Below are positions 34,941-45,915 of a stretch of DNA of 64,000 nt, piece after piece; the first letter of the stretch is position 1, and each line of letters begins with the position of its first letter. A model generated the notes under the pieces. It saw only the letters and a list, made by a program, of their open reading frames with translations, had not been told where the DNA came from and did not search any database. Source of the stretch: Ectothiorhodospiraceae bacterium (GTDB lineage: Bacteria > Pseudomonadota > Gammaproteobacteria > GCA-002705445 > GCA-002716945); contig BOXR01000005.1 of the NCBI GenBank assembly GCA_019651095.1, forward strand, positions 4,992-68,991, written 5' to 3'. A program made the position numbers and the translations under genes.

Positions 34941-35705
34941 TTATCCGATTCTACCTGTAATATAGTCCTGTGTTTTCTCATGCTGAGGATTTGAAAAAAT
35001 TGATTTTGTCATTCCGGTTTCTATCAATTCTCCCATATGCATATATGCTGTTCTGTCAGAGACTCTTGCAGCCTGTTGCATAGAGTGCGTTACAATTACA
35101 ATTGTATACTGCTGTTTTAGTTCAGCTATCAAATCTTCTATTTTTGCAGTTGCAATTGGATCTAGTGCTGAACACGGTTCATCCATTAAAAGTATTTCCG
35201 GGTTAACTGCAAGCGCCCTAGCGATACACAATCTTTGTTGTTGTCCTCCTGATAAACTTGTACCTGGCTCAAATAATCTATCTTTTACTTCGTCATACAA
35301 CCCAGACTTCGATAAACTTTGTACAACAATATTATCAAGCTCTCCTTTTGACTTCACCATTCCATGAAGTTTTGGACCGAAGGCCACATTGTCGTATATT
35401 GATTTTGGAAAGGGGTTCGGTTTCTGAAACACCATACCAATTTTCATCCTTAGCAAAACTGGATCCTGATTTTCATCATTTATATCCTCAGAATCAAGTA
35501 AAATTTGACCTTTGATATTACATATTTCTACCAAATCATTCATTCTATTAATACACTTCAACAGAGTTGATTTCCCACATCCTGATGGACCTATAAGAGA
35601 AGTTACTTCTTTTTCCATAATATTAAGATTTACATCAAATAATGCTTGCTTGTTACCATAATGAACATTTAAATTTCTTATTGCTACTTTTAGTTTTTCA
35701 CTCAT
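34941..35705 (-). CDS. pstB: Phosphate ABC transporter ATP-binding protein PstB.
   Basis: Walker A 'GPSGCGKST', 'LSGGQQQR', '[10 protein letters not shown]'. 254 aa. Confidence 0.9.
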   Translation of the reverse strand: MSEKLKVAIRNLNVHYGNKQALFDVNLNIMEKEVTSLIGPSGCGKSTLLKCINRMNDLVEICNIKGQILLDSEDINDENQDPVLLRMKIGMVFQKPNPFPKSIYDNVAFGPKLHGMVKSKGELDNIVVQSLSKSGLYDEVKDRLFEPGTSLSGGQQQRLCIARALAVNPEILLMDEPCSALDPIATAKIEDLIAELKQQYTIVIVTHSMQQAARVSDRTAYMHMGELIETGMTKSIFSNPQHEKTQDYITGRIG

Positions 35706-35711
35706 ATGTTT

Positions 35712-36934
35712 TTACCATTTTTTTTCTAGTTTTTTTCTCAAGTATATGGCAGTAAGATTTAGAAGAATTAAGAACCCAAGCAGGACCATTATGGCAGCTG
35801 ATGTTCTCTCAGTAAATGCTCTCTCGGGACTATCAGCCCACAAATAAATCTGTACTGGTAATGCTGTAGAGGCATCCATTGGTCCACCAGGAGCATCAAC
35901 AACAAATGCGACCATGCCGATCATAAGTAAAGGCGCAGTTTCACCAATAGCTTGTGCAATACCAATTATGGTACCTGTTAAAATCCCAGGCATGGCAAGC
36001 GGAAGTGTAAATCCAAAAATTGTTTGAACTTTACTCGCACCGAGACCTATCGCCGCTTCCTCTATTGACGGGGACTGATTTGATCGCAGCTCTGGCTGCA
36101 ATAACTATTGTTGGCAGTGTCATTAATGCAAGGGTTAATCCTCCTACTAGAGGTGCGGACCTGGGAAGCTCGAAGAAGTTTAAAAAATTGCTAGCCCTAG
36201 AAGTCCAAAAACTATTGACGGTACAGCAGCAAGATTATTAATATTCGTTTCTATAATGTCAGAGAATCTGTTTTTAGTGGCTATTTTTTCAAGGTACACA
36301 GCTGACATAACAGCAATTGGGAATGAAACTAGAAATGCGATGATAATCGCGTATAACGAACCCAAGATTGCGCCCTTTATTCCTGCCATCTCTGGTTCTC
36401 TACTGTCAGCAGAGGAGAATAAATATTTGTTTGAATGTAATTCAACTAAATTTTTGACTGTAGAATATCTATTAATTTCATCTGATATTCATCAATCCTG
36501 CCAGCAGTATCTCCTTGTCGTTTCACAGTCCCTTTTATGTACATATCTAAATCAGAAGATGCAAGAAACCAATAGTAACCATTGAGATCTTTACCTTCAT
36601 TGTTTAGCAGAAGGTCTTTAAACTCATATCTTGCTCCTTTGCTCAAAAGAGACAGAGCGGCTCTTTTTTCAGCCCTACTTTGTAAATCTGGAAACATTTT
36701 CAGAAAACTTTTATTTAGTTCAGATCTTGGATTTAATGTTTTCTTATCTAAGTTAGCTGGGATATCTAGCTGTACTGCAACATAAGTCTGTTTAAAAGCA
36801 CTGATGCCCGATGAGAAAATATTATACAAAAGAATTACAAGAAAGCTTATTGCAACTGTAACTGCAACTTTTCCGTACATTTTAAATCTCTTTTCAGATT
36901 TATTTCTTGCGGTAATACTATTCATATTGCTCAC
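35712..36934 (-). pseudogene. pstA: Phosphate ABC transporter permease PstA (long form) shattered into at least 3 ORFs.
   Basis: Fragments 36446..36934 (N-terminal extension), 36180..36389 ('AVPSIVFGLLG') and 35712..36101 ('GETAPLLMIG..') are all PstA in different frames. Confidence 0.7.
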
Positions 36935-38283
36935 GGTATCTTTTTACTATCGCTAGCGATATTACATTTAAAATGAGTGTGATGAAGAATAATACAAATG
37001 CCAGCGCAAAAGCCGAGAGTGTTTTAGGACTGTCAAACTCTTGATCACCCGTCAGTAATCCAACGATTTGCACTGTTACTGTACTCACACTATCAAATGG
37101 ATTAAATGTCATATTTGCAGCAAAGCCTGCTGCCATAACCACAATCATCGTCTCTCCAATGGCGGAGAGAAAGCAAGTAGAAAACTACCTACGATTCCAT
37201 GAAATGACGCTGGTATTATCACTTGCTTAGTCGTTTCAGATATGGTTGCCCCCATTGCTAGAGAACCCTCTTTGAGGGATTGTGGCACTGCTGTTAAAGC
37301 ATCATCTGTTAGGGATGCAACAAAAGGTATGATCATAATACCCACCCATAACTGTCCCAGCTACTATGGCACTCTCTGAGCTCATATTTGTGAATGATAA
37401 AAATGTTCCCATATCTCTGAAGAATGGAGCAACAGTTATCACAGCAAAGAAACCGTATACAACAGTTGGAATTCCTGCAAGTATCTCAATTATAGGTTTT
37501 GCATAGCTCCTTACTTTATCCGACGCATATTGAGAAAGATAAATAGCAGAGTACATTCCAATTGACCTGCGACTGCCATGGCGATGAGAGAGATTAGCAA
37601 CGTCCCAACAAAACTGGTACTGCCCCAAAACTACCTGATGATCCAACTTGATCAGCTCTAATTGCCATTTGAGGACTCCAGTGTGTTCCAAATAAAAATC
37701 AAAAACATTAACTGATTCGAAAAATCTTAGTGTCTCGAAAGCAGCGAGAGCACTATGCCAATAGTTACAAAAATAGCAAATACAGCTGATGCTCTCATCA
37801 CGAGAATAACTATTCGTTCAATGAAGTCTCTCGCTTTGAATGTTACCTCAACAAATTTTAATGAATGTTTAAAAAGTATTAGTGTCAACATTAGAACAAC
37901 AGCAAACTTTAGAATCTGGTTACTACTTTGGAGAGATTGATAATGTTCAACAGCAGGTATAAAACCTACATGATCAATTATTCTGTCGGTGGTGCCCTCT
38001 ACGTAAGCAATCACCCCTTCAGTATAGAATTTTACCAAGCCATCATCTGTTACATCAGAAAAAAATCCTTCAGCGTTATGTTGCTTATCATATTTACTAT
38101 AAACGACCAGAAGATTAAAAGAATGATGGCAGGAACTATTGTCATAAATGCCGAATACAATCCATGATAGTGTGGTTGTGAGTGTAAGATATTGAATTCA
38201 GCTAATGCACGAGCTTTACTAGAGTTTAGTATAAAACCATATACTGCAAGCCCAAATATTAATACAACTAAAAAACTAATCAT
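36918..38283 (-). pseudogene. pstC: Phosphate ABC transporter permease PstC (with N-terminal extension) shattered into at least 5 ORFs.
   Basis: Fragments 38050..38283, 37727..38038, 37302..37691 ('ILAGIPTVVYGFF'), 37145..37345 and 36918..37148 are collinear with PstC but in alternating frames. Confidence 0.65.
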
Positions 38284-38341
38284 AATCTACTATGTAAACT
38301 TGATAATAAGGCTCGAATGTTACATTTATGTTAAATGTGTC

Positions 38342-38998
38342 TTATCTTTCTATTATTTGATAAGTTTTTGTTGCTAAATAAGCTCCAATAAACTGAGATA
38401 CTATGAATACGGGGACATTATCAAAGCTGATACCAGTATATGTATCGCTTAAAGACCTAGCAATTGTAATCGCTGGATTAGCAAAAGATGTTGATGATGT
38501 AAAAAAATAACCTGAACCAATATACACGCCTACTAAAACTCCTACGGCAACATCACTTCTTTTTTGCGACATACATATGATAAGTATTAACAAGAAAGAC
38601 GCGATGACTTCAGACAACATTATGTTGAGCCCGGTCCTATCTTTTGTACTCATCTCAATAGGAACCTCGAACATAAAATGTACAAGTATGACTCCTATAA
38701 TACCTCCTAGGATGTGTATAAGAGTATATTGTATAAATATTTTAAGATTTAGGTTTCCTTGAATGTAAAAACTAAATGATACTGCTGGATTAAAGTGGGC
38801 TCCTGAAATTGTTCTGAAGGTTGTTATAATTACTATGAGAATACCTACAGTAGCAATTGAATTAATTAACAGCGTTATACCCTCATTTCCTTGACTTATG
38901 TTCTCTGCCATGATGCCACTACCAACTACTCCCATAGCTAGAGTCATCATTCCAATAAATTCGGATAAAAGTTTTTTCATCTCTAGATAGCGTGTCAC
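38342..38998 (-). CDS. MIP-family channel (aquaporin/aquaglyceroporin) embedded between pstS and pstC.
   Basis: Two NPA boxes ('HFNPAV', 'ANPAI'), 6 TM helices, 218 aa. Confidence 0.8.
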   Translation of the reverse strand: MTRYLEMKKLLSEFIGMMTLAMGVVGSGIMAENISQGNEGITLLINSIATVGILIVIITTFRTISGAHFNPAVSFSFYIQGNLNLKIFIQYTLIHILGGIIGVILVHFMFEVPIEMSTKDRTGLNIMLSEVIASFLLILIICMSQKRSDVAVGVLVGVYIGSGYFFTSSTSFANPAITIARSLSDTYTGISFDNVPVFIVSQFIGAYLATKTYQIIER

Positions 38999-39038
38999 CT
39001 ACTAGTGAGGTGACACATATCAAACAACATGAGTATTA

Positions 39039-40079
39039 TTAGCGAACTAAGTTTGCAAGTGTTTTTGCGTCACTTTGAAACTTTGTACGTGTACTGGCTG
39101 GCAAAGGTATTAGACCTTTATCAAGAAGGTACCCATCTTCTCCAACCGCATCATCGCTCATGAAAAATTCCATATATTCTTGAACACCTGGTATTACACC
39201 AACATGATCTTTTTTAACATAAAAATATAGTGATCGTGACACTTTGTAATCACCTGAGGCGATAGCATCAAAAGTTGGTTCTACACCATCAATTACTGCG
39301 CCTTTAACTTTATCCTTATTTTGATCTAAGAAACTAAATCCAAAGATACCGAAAGAATCTTTATTCGCATTAAGTTTCTGGATAATTAAGTTATCATTTT
39401 CCCCTGCTTCGACATACGGCCCGTCCTCACGAACGGTTCGGCAAAGTTTTTTCCAGGCTTTTTTATCTTTCTTTTTTAATTTCTTAATCCATGGGATTTC
39501 ATTGCACCCGCCACTCAAAGCTATTTCAGCAAATGCATCCCTTGTACCAGATGTTGGAGGTGGACCGTACACAACTATAGGTATATTTGGAAGATCAGAT
39601 CTTACTTCATTCCAAGTTTTGTAAGGATTTGCACCAGTAACTCCATCCATGACGCCAATAGGTACTTCAGCAGCTAATGCTAAGTATAAGTCTTTTCTTG
39701 TGAGAGACATTGTTGGACCATCTTTCGCGTTTGCTACAACAATTCCATCGAAGCCTATCTTCATTTCGGTTATGTCTGTGATACCATTTTTTGCACACAA
39801 GTTGACTTCTTTCATCTTTATTCGTCTCGATGCATTGGTAATATCCGGTGTTCCAGGTCCCTTACCAGCACAAAATAGTTTAAGTCCACCACCAGAACCA
39901 GTAGACTCTATGATTGGTGCTTTGAAACCATTGTCAGCTCTCCCAAATTCTTCAGCTACAACAGTCGCAAAAGGATACACAGTAGAGGATCCGACGATCT
40001 TAATGGTATCTCTTGCCTCGGCACTGCCGAATAGACTAAAAGAAACCAGCAAGAATAATGGGGATAAAATATTTTTCAT
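39039..40079 (-). CDS. pstS: Phosphate ABC transporter substrate-binding protein PstS.
   Basis: Signal peptide plus PBP-superfamily PstS sequence. ATG with GGAG SD at 40079; the ORF-track start at 40106 is a TTG. Confidence 0.85.
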   Translation of the reverse strand: MKNILSPLFLLVSFSLFGSAEARDTIKIVGSSTVYPFATVVAEEFGRADNGFKAPIIESTGSGGGLKLFCAGKGPGTPDITNASRRIKMKEVNLCAKNGITDITEMKIGFDGIVVANAKDGPTMSLTRKDLYLALAAEVPIGVMDGVTGANPYKTWNEVRSDLPNIPIVVYGPPPTSGTRDAFAEIALSGGCNEIPWIKKLKKKDKKAWKKLCRTVREDGPYVEAGENDNLIIQKLNANKDSFGIFGFSFLDQNKDKVKGAVIDGVEPTFDAIASGDYKVSRSLYFYVKKDHVGVIPGVQEYMEFFMSDDAVGEDGYLLDKGLIPLPASTRTKFQSDAKTLANLVR

Positions 40080-40121
40080 GTTGTCTCCATATTTAATTTT
40101 ATGCAACTATTTAACAAGAAA

Positions 40122-40151
40122 GTGATGAAATAGAAATTAAGCTTTTATGAC
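40122..40151 (-). promoter_or_regulatory. Pho box candidate upstream of pstS.
   Basis: Minus-strand 'TGTCATAAAAG CTTAATTTCTA TTTCATCAC': TCAT elements spaced 22 bp apart (2x11), ~45 bp upstream of the pstS start, with a TAAAAT -10-like element between. Confidence 0.4.
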
Positions 40152-40155
40152 AAAT

Positions 40156-41379
40156 TTATGAACTTGCAGGAAATTTCGGTAAAGTTATAGTAAATGTACT
40201 ACCTTTACCTTCGGTACTCTCAATAAGTAGACTGCCAGCATGTCTGTTTATGATATGCTTAACTATAGCCAAACCAAGTCCTGAACTATTTTTTTTGTAC
40301 ATATTCGCTGTCTTGGATCTAAAAAACCTCTCCGAGACTCTAACAATATCATCTTTAGGTATTCCATGTCCCTGATCAATAATTTTAAATTCAATATTTT
40401 CCTCCTTTTCTGAGAAAGCTATAGTGATATTAGTATCATCCTTACTATATGTGATTGCATTATCAAGAAGGTTCTCAAATACTTCAGTTATTTGATCCGC
40501 GTTTCCTTTGATGAAGAATTCATCTTTTTGATATTCTTTTTGAAATGATATTTTAATGTTCTTTTTGTCTGCTAAAGTTTGAACTGAATCACAGGCTGAG
40601 TTTGCGCAATACCATAGACTCACTCTTTCATTTGGTGTTTGATATTCAGATTCCTCAACTCTAGTAAGTGATAGCGTATCATTAACTAATCTTTGCATCC
40701 TCTCTGCTTCTACTTGGATTATTTTTAAAAATTTTTCTTTTTGCTCAACATCATTTTTCGCTGGTCCATTGATTGTCTCAATAAAACCCATAATTGCAGT
40801 TAATGGAGTTTTAAGTTCGTGGCTTACATTGGAAACAAATTCAGATTTTAGTTTTTCAGCAATTTTTTGTGGTGTCTCATCAATCATCATAACCAAAGCA
40901 AAAATCTCTTTCTTAATCTTAAGAGGAAATATTTGCGCTTGAATATATTTATGAACTTGATCATATATTATAAAATTAATATCGCTTTTTTTTTCATTAG
41001 TTAAAGCATCACTTAGTGCGTCATTAAGCTCATTCGATCTTAAACACAGTGAGAGATTCATACCATTTGCATCTTTTCCAACATATGAATTGAATGCAAC
41101 ATTAGATGAAGTAATCCTATAACTTTTATCTACAATTATCATTGGGAATGTATTTTGGTTAAAGATACTTTTATCTTTATCTGAAAAGAAGAAGTTCTGT
41201 TTATTTTCTTGATTGTTTATTTTTACTACGAATCTTTTGGCACTATCTTTTTCTCTTGACAATAAAACATATATTAAAATGTAGAAAAATATGATTAATA
41301 GTATGAATATCCAAGGTACATTTATGTAAGATGCTATCAAGATAGTTATTAGTGTTATAAATATAATTAGAATAATCAT
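40156..41379 (-). CDS. phoR: Phosphate regulon sensor histidine kinase PhoR.
   Basis: TM N-terminus, HisKA 'HELKTPLTAIMGF', HATPase_c 'GSGLGLAIVKHI'. Sits upstream of pstS. Confidence 0.8.
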   Translation of the reverse strand: MIILIIFITLITILIASYINVPWIFILLIIFFYILIYVLLSREKDSAKRFVVKINNQENKQNFFFSDKDKSIFNQNTFPMIIVDKSYRITSSNVAFNSYVGKDANGMNLSLCLRSNELNDALSDALTNEKKSDINFIIYDQVHKYIQAQIFPLKIKKEIFALVMMIDETPQKIAEKLKSEFVSNVSHELKTPLTAIMGFIETINGPAKNDVEQKEKFLKIIQVEAERMQRLVNDTLSLTRVEESEYQTPNERVSLWYCANSACDSVQTLADKKNIKISFQKEYQKDEFFIKGNADQITEVFENLLDNAITYSKDDTNITIAFSEKEENIEFKIIDQGHGIPKDDIVRVSERFFRSKTANMYKKNSSGLGLAIVKHIINRHAGSLLIESTEGKGSTFTITLPKFPASS

Positions 41380-41381
41380 TT

Positions 41382-42566
41382 ATGGAATCAGAATTGTACT
41401 ACAGTAATAATCAAGTTCATGATAATATTTATTTTCATAATATCAGATATATGACAGATATAATATTCCATAAATCAAGCAAATACATTGAAGATGACAT
41501 TGATTATTATGCATCAGACACTCGCGATAAGCATGGTGCAGTCAAGCCAAGTAAAAATATAAAAAGCTATTCGTTAGACTCATTTAACTTCGACAACCAA
41601 TCGGAATTACCCTCACTATTTTATCCATTTCCAAAACATTCTCTTGATAGGATTTATCTAGGTATAAGTTTCCCTCTATATGCAAACAACTGGGGTGCAG
41701 AGTTTTTAAGATACCTGATGTACATTATTAAAAAAGATGGTGCAGTTATTTTTCCAGTCTATGCAGAAAGACAAGGTGTCGAAAAAAATTACTGGTCAAG
41801 GAGTATTCTCGAAGTAGCTTTCCAAAGCCGTCAGAAATGGTGGGGTATGAGTAATATCTGGGCAGAAAACGATGGTGTGATGTCAATGCGAATTGGGAAA
41901 AAGGGGCCCAAAGTAAGAAACAGTACATTTACTTATTTTATTGATAAGAAACTTCCCGCACTTTTTGACACTAATGATAAAGATTTAATTGAGAGTGAAA
42001 TAAGTAATCAGGTTGAAAATATGAGGCTCAGTGCTGTTATTGAAAAAATTATACTTGATCATCATGGTAGGAATAAAAAAGTTCACTTAGGTGTAATAAG
42101 TGATAGCGCTCTTCTTGGAATGGAGCTCTCTTGTAGTGATTATATGAATATAAAAAATGTAGAGGTTTACTCGGATAATCGTGTTGATAGTCCAATGTAT
42201 CGCGAGTATCTTCCAAAATCGATTCCATCAGATTACAAGCAAATACTTACAGATATTAATAATTTTGATTTAAATAAATTACATAATGTTATATTGATTG
42301 ATGAGAAGTATTTTGATGAAAAAATGAGTGCTGAACTTATTGATAAGTCATTGAGTGCTCTAACTGAGGATGGGTTTATTATTCTAGTTAACAGGCACAT
42401 AGATAATGATTATAAATCTAAGCATCACTCTCATACTGTCGGCACCCAGTTAAAAGAAGGATACGACATACCTCACTATTCGGATCTCATATTCAAAGAA
42501 CTGCAAGAAGAAAACGAAAATAGAGCTACTGCAGTTCAAGTAATTCACAAAAAAGATAATGTATGA
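41382..42566 (+). CDS. Hypothetical protein (394 aa). Possibly a degenerate methyltransferase-like fold.
   Basis: No strong motif. A C-terminal stretch 'VILIDEKYF...LTEDGFIILVN' is reminiscent of the MTase post-I/II region. Start codon only 2 bp from the phoR start (divergent). Confidence 0.35.
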   Translation: MESELYYSNNQVHDNIYFHNIRYMTDIIFHKSSKYIEDDIDYYASDTRDKHGAVKPSKNIKSYSLDSFNFDNQSELPSLFYPFPKHSLDRIYLGISFPLYANNWGAEFLRYLMYIIKKDGAVIFPVYAERQGVEKNYWSRSILEVAFQSRQKWWGMSNIWAENDGVMSMRIGKKGPKVRNSTFTYFIDKKLPALFDTNDKDLIESEISNQVENMRLSAVIEKIILDHHGRNKKVHLGVISDSALLGMELSCSDYMNIKNVEVYSDNRVDSPMYREYLPKSIPSDYKQILTDINNFDLNKLHNVILIDEKYFDEKMSAELIDKSLSALTEDGFIILVNRHIDNDYKSKHHSHTVGTQLKEGYDIPHYSDLIFKELQEENENRATAVQVIHKKDNV

Positions 42567-43889
42567 CATTTTAAATTATGTTAGTGGTTTTATTTGGGGT
42601 CCTTTTACGCTGATTTTGATTCTTGGAACAGGTATATTTTTAAGTCTTGGTCTAAAAGGTTTTACTCTCACTTATATAGCTGTTGCTTTCAAACAATTAT
42701 TTTCTAAAGAGGAAGATTCATCAAGTGGAGAAATCTCCTCATTTCAATCACTCACAACAGCACTTTCTGCAACAGTTGGAACAGGCAATATTGCAGGCGT
42801 GGCAACAGCAATATTCGTCGGTGGACCAGGTGCAATTTTTTGGATGTGGGTTTCTGCAGTATTTGGAATGGCTACAAAATTTGCTGAGGCATTTCTTGCT
42901 ATCAAATATAGAGAGAAAAATGAACTTGGTGAGACTATCGGTGGACCAATGTATTACATCAAGAATGGTCTGACTTCTAAATTTATAGTTTTTGCCTACC
43001 TCTTTGCTACAGCAGGTATGATTGCGCACTAGGAATTGGCAACGGTGTTCAAGTTAATTCTGTATCACAAGTAATTAATAATGAATTTGGTTTTTCAACG
43101 TTTTCAATTGGAATTGTTATCGCTATATTAGTAGCACTTGTAATTCTTGGTGGAATTAAATCAATTGGAAACATCACATCGAAGTTAGTACCTGTAATGT
43201 CTCTTGTCTATATTCTTGGTGGCTTGCTGATTATTATTTTAAATGCAAATCAGGTTGGATATGTATTTAATTTAATCGTAACATCGGCATTTACTACAAC
43301 TGCTGCTACTGGTGGTTTTGCTGGCGCTACAGTTTGGATGGCTTTGAGATATGGTGTGGCACGTGGCGTCTTTTCAAATGAAGCAGGACTCGGTAGTTCT
43401 CCGATAGCTCATGCAGCCGCGAAAACAAATAATCCTGTTAAACAAGGGATGATATCAATGCTAGAGCCACTGATTGACACGCTCATTGTTTGCACAATAA
43501 CTGCTTTTGTAATCCTGATGAGTAATCAGTGGGTTGGTGAGATTAATGGCGCGGTGTTGACAGTCGCATCTTTTGAAAATCTCCTGGCCAATGGTAAATA
43601 TATTGTAATTTTTGGTTTAATACTGTTTTCCTTCAGCACAATAATCGGATGGAGTTATTATGGAGAGAAATGTGTTGAATTTTTGTTTGGATCAGGGGTT
43701 ATTATTTATTATAGAATATTATGGATTGTCATTATCCCGGTGGCAGCATCTATAGAGTTAAATCTAATGTGGTTGATTGCAGACATCATGAATGGATTAA
43801 TGTCTATTCCAAATTTGATCGCATTGATTCTTTTAGCGCCCGTAATTTTCAGACAGACAAGTGAATCGATAGGAAGTTTCAAGGCCTAA
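42559..43889 (+). pseudogene. Alanine/glycine:cation symporter (AGCS family) with 2 frameshifts.
   Basis: AGCS motifs 'GPGAIFWMW', 'GLGSSPIAHAAAKT'. The middle section 43033..43196 reads in a third frame. Confidence 0.65.
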
Positions 43890-44696
43890 ATGGATAGACA
43901 GCAACATATAAAATTAGCCTTATCTGAAGATCAATATAAAAAAGATATTACTACAAAGATTTTGCAACTGGATAAGAAGTGCAAAGCCATAATCAAAGCA
44001 AAAGAATCATTTCATATATATGGTTTAAAATGGTTTTCGGATGTATTCAAATTCGTTAATAAATCTACAAAAATAAAACTTAAAGTTAAAGACGGAGATC
44101 TTGTAAAAAAAAATAAGATAATAGCTGAAATATATGGAACTAATCATGCTCTTTTAAACTCTGAGAGGGTAGCGCTCAATTACCTTCAAACTATGTCTGG
44201 CACCTATGATAAATGTGTAAGGTTTAGAAAGAAAATCTCTAATAAAAAAATACAATTACTTCACACAAGAAAAACTATACCTTTGTATCGACTTCCTTTA
44301 TCAGAAGCTTGCAATGCTGCAGGCTGTGCTCCTCACCGATATGATTTGTCGTCATCTATATTAATAAAAGAAAATCATTTGAAGTTAGCATCAAAACCAC
44401 TCGATTTAATCACCAAAGCAATCAAAAAAGATAAAATTGTTGTAGTTGAAGCAAAAACACTTAAGTTTGCAAAAACGGTCTCAAATTTGAAAATCTCGAG
44501 AATTCTATTAGATAATTTTACTCCAGCTATGATAAAAAGTTTTATCTCAAGCAATCCAAAAGTAAAAATTGAAATTTCTGGTTCAGTTAATCTAAGTAAC
44601 ATAAATAAATTTGCAATTAAGGGTGTGCATTACGTATCTGTTGGAGATCTAACGAAAAATGTTGAATCAAAAGATTTATCCATGCTTATTGTTTGA
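43890..44696 (+). CDS. nadC: Nicotinate-nucleotide pyrophosphorylase (carboxylating), quinolinate phosphoribosyltransferase.
   Basis: 'ERVALNYLQTMSG', 'HTRKTIP', 'LIKENH' motifs. 268 aa. Confidence 0.75.
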   Translation: MDRQQHIKLALSEDQYKKDITTKILQLDKKCKAIIKAKESFHIYGLKWFSDVFKFVNKSTKIKLKVKDGDLVKKNKIIAEIYGTNHALLNSERVALNYLQTMSGTYDKCVRFRKKISNKKIQLLHTRKTIPLYRLPLSEACNAAGCAPHRYDLSSSILIKENHLKLASKPLDLITKAIKKDKIVVVEAKTLKFAKTVSNLKISRILLDNFTPAMIKSFISSNPKVKIEISGSVNLSNINKFAIKGVHYVSVGDLTKNVESKDLSMLIV

Positions 44697-44733
44697 CTGT
44701 ATGGTAATGTTACAAGCTGATATAATAAACTAA

Positions 44734-45912
44734 ATGGATAATTCCTTTAATATTACACAAGCAATTAAGAACTTTTTTTCTAGAGAAGAAAAATCAGGAA
44801 TACTTCTACTCCTCTTTGCGACACTTGCACTTATAACTGTTAATAGTCCATTACAATCACTCTACTATGATATTAAATACACTGATATTCCAATAAGTCT
44901 TGGTGATTTCAACTTTACCAAATCGGTCTCTCATTGGGTAAATGATGGTCTGATGGCAATTTTTTTCTTTGTTATTGGCCTAGAGCTTAAAAGAGAAATA
45001 CTCGAGGGTGAATTATCAAGTTTTGATCGAATGGTTCTGCCGGCCATTGCCGCTATCGGTGGAATGGCAGCTCCGGCATTAGTGTATATTTTAATTAATA
45101 TCAATAACCCAGAGAACATGTCTGGATGGGCCATACCAACTGCAACTGATATAGCATTTTCATTAGCTGTTCTACTAATCATTGGAAAGAGTGTTCCACT
45201 TAGTCTGAAAGTTTTCCTCTTATCTTTAGCTATTATTGATGATTTAGGTGCAGTGCTAATAATTGCTTTTTTCTATACAGCTGAGATAAGTAGTGTTTAT
45301 TTATTATATTCATTAATAGTTTTTGGACTATTAGTAGTTGTGAATTTATCAGGCAATCAAAAGATGTATATCTATATGGTACTGGGAATATTTTTATGGT
45401 ACTTCGTTTTGAAATCAGGAGTCCATGCTACCATTGCCGGAGTTCTACTAGCCACTACTATCCCAAACAATGTCGAAAATAATGTTGACCATTCAATGCT
45501 AAAACACCTCGAACATAAATTACACAATTTTGTTGGTATTTTGGTCTTGCCTGTATTCGCTTTTTTTAATAGTGATATTAATTTTTCTGATGTGACTATG
45601 AGTAGTGTTTATAGTCCTCTTTCAATGGGTGTAATTTTGGGATTATTACTAGGTAAACCAATAGGAATCACTCTGTTCACTTACGTAGGCATGAAGACTA
45701 AACTATTTAGCTTGCCTGAGAATGTAACGCTCAAAGATGTTTTTGGTCTATCACTATTATGTGGAATTGGATTTACTATGAGCTTATTTATAAATGGTCT
45801 CGCATTCACTGAAACATACTTGATCGATAGTAGCAAACTCGGAATCTTCATAGGGTCTATCGTATCTGCTATAGCAGGTTATTTGATCCTTAAATCTAAA
45901 TATAGTGGATAG
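44734..45912 (+). CDS. nhaA: Na+/H+ antiporter NhaA.
   Basis: NhaA family: 392 aa, 'ATDIAFSLAVL', 'DDLGAVLIIAFFYT'. Confidence 0.85.
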   Translation: MDNSFNITQAIKNFFSREEKSGILLLLFATLALITVNSPLQSLYYDIKYTDIPISLGDFNFTKSVSHWVNDGLMAIFFFVIGLELKREILEGELSSFDRMVLPAIAAIGGMAAPALVYILININNPENMSGWAIPTATDIAFSLAVLLIIGKSVPLSLKVFLLSLAIIDDLGAVLIIAFFYTAEISSVYLLYSLIVFGLLVVVNLSGNQKMYIYMVLGIFLWYFVLKSGVHATIAGVLLATTIPNNVENNVDHSMLKHLEHKLHNFVGILVLPVFAFFNSDINFSDVTMSSVYSPLSMGVILGLLLGKPIGITLFTYVGMKTKLFSLPENVTLKDVFGLSLLCGIGFTMSLFINGLAFTETYLIDSSKLGIFIGSIVSAIAGYLILKSKYSG

Positions 45913-45915
45913 TAA

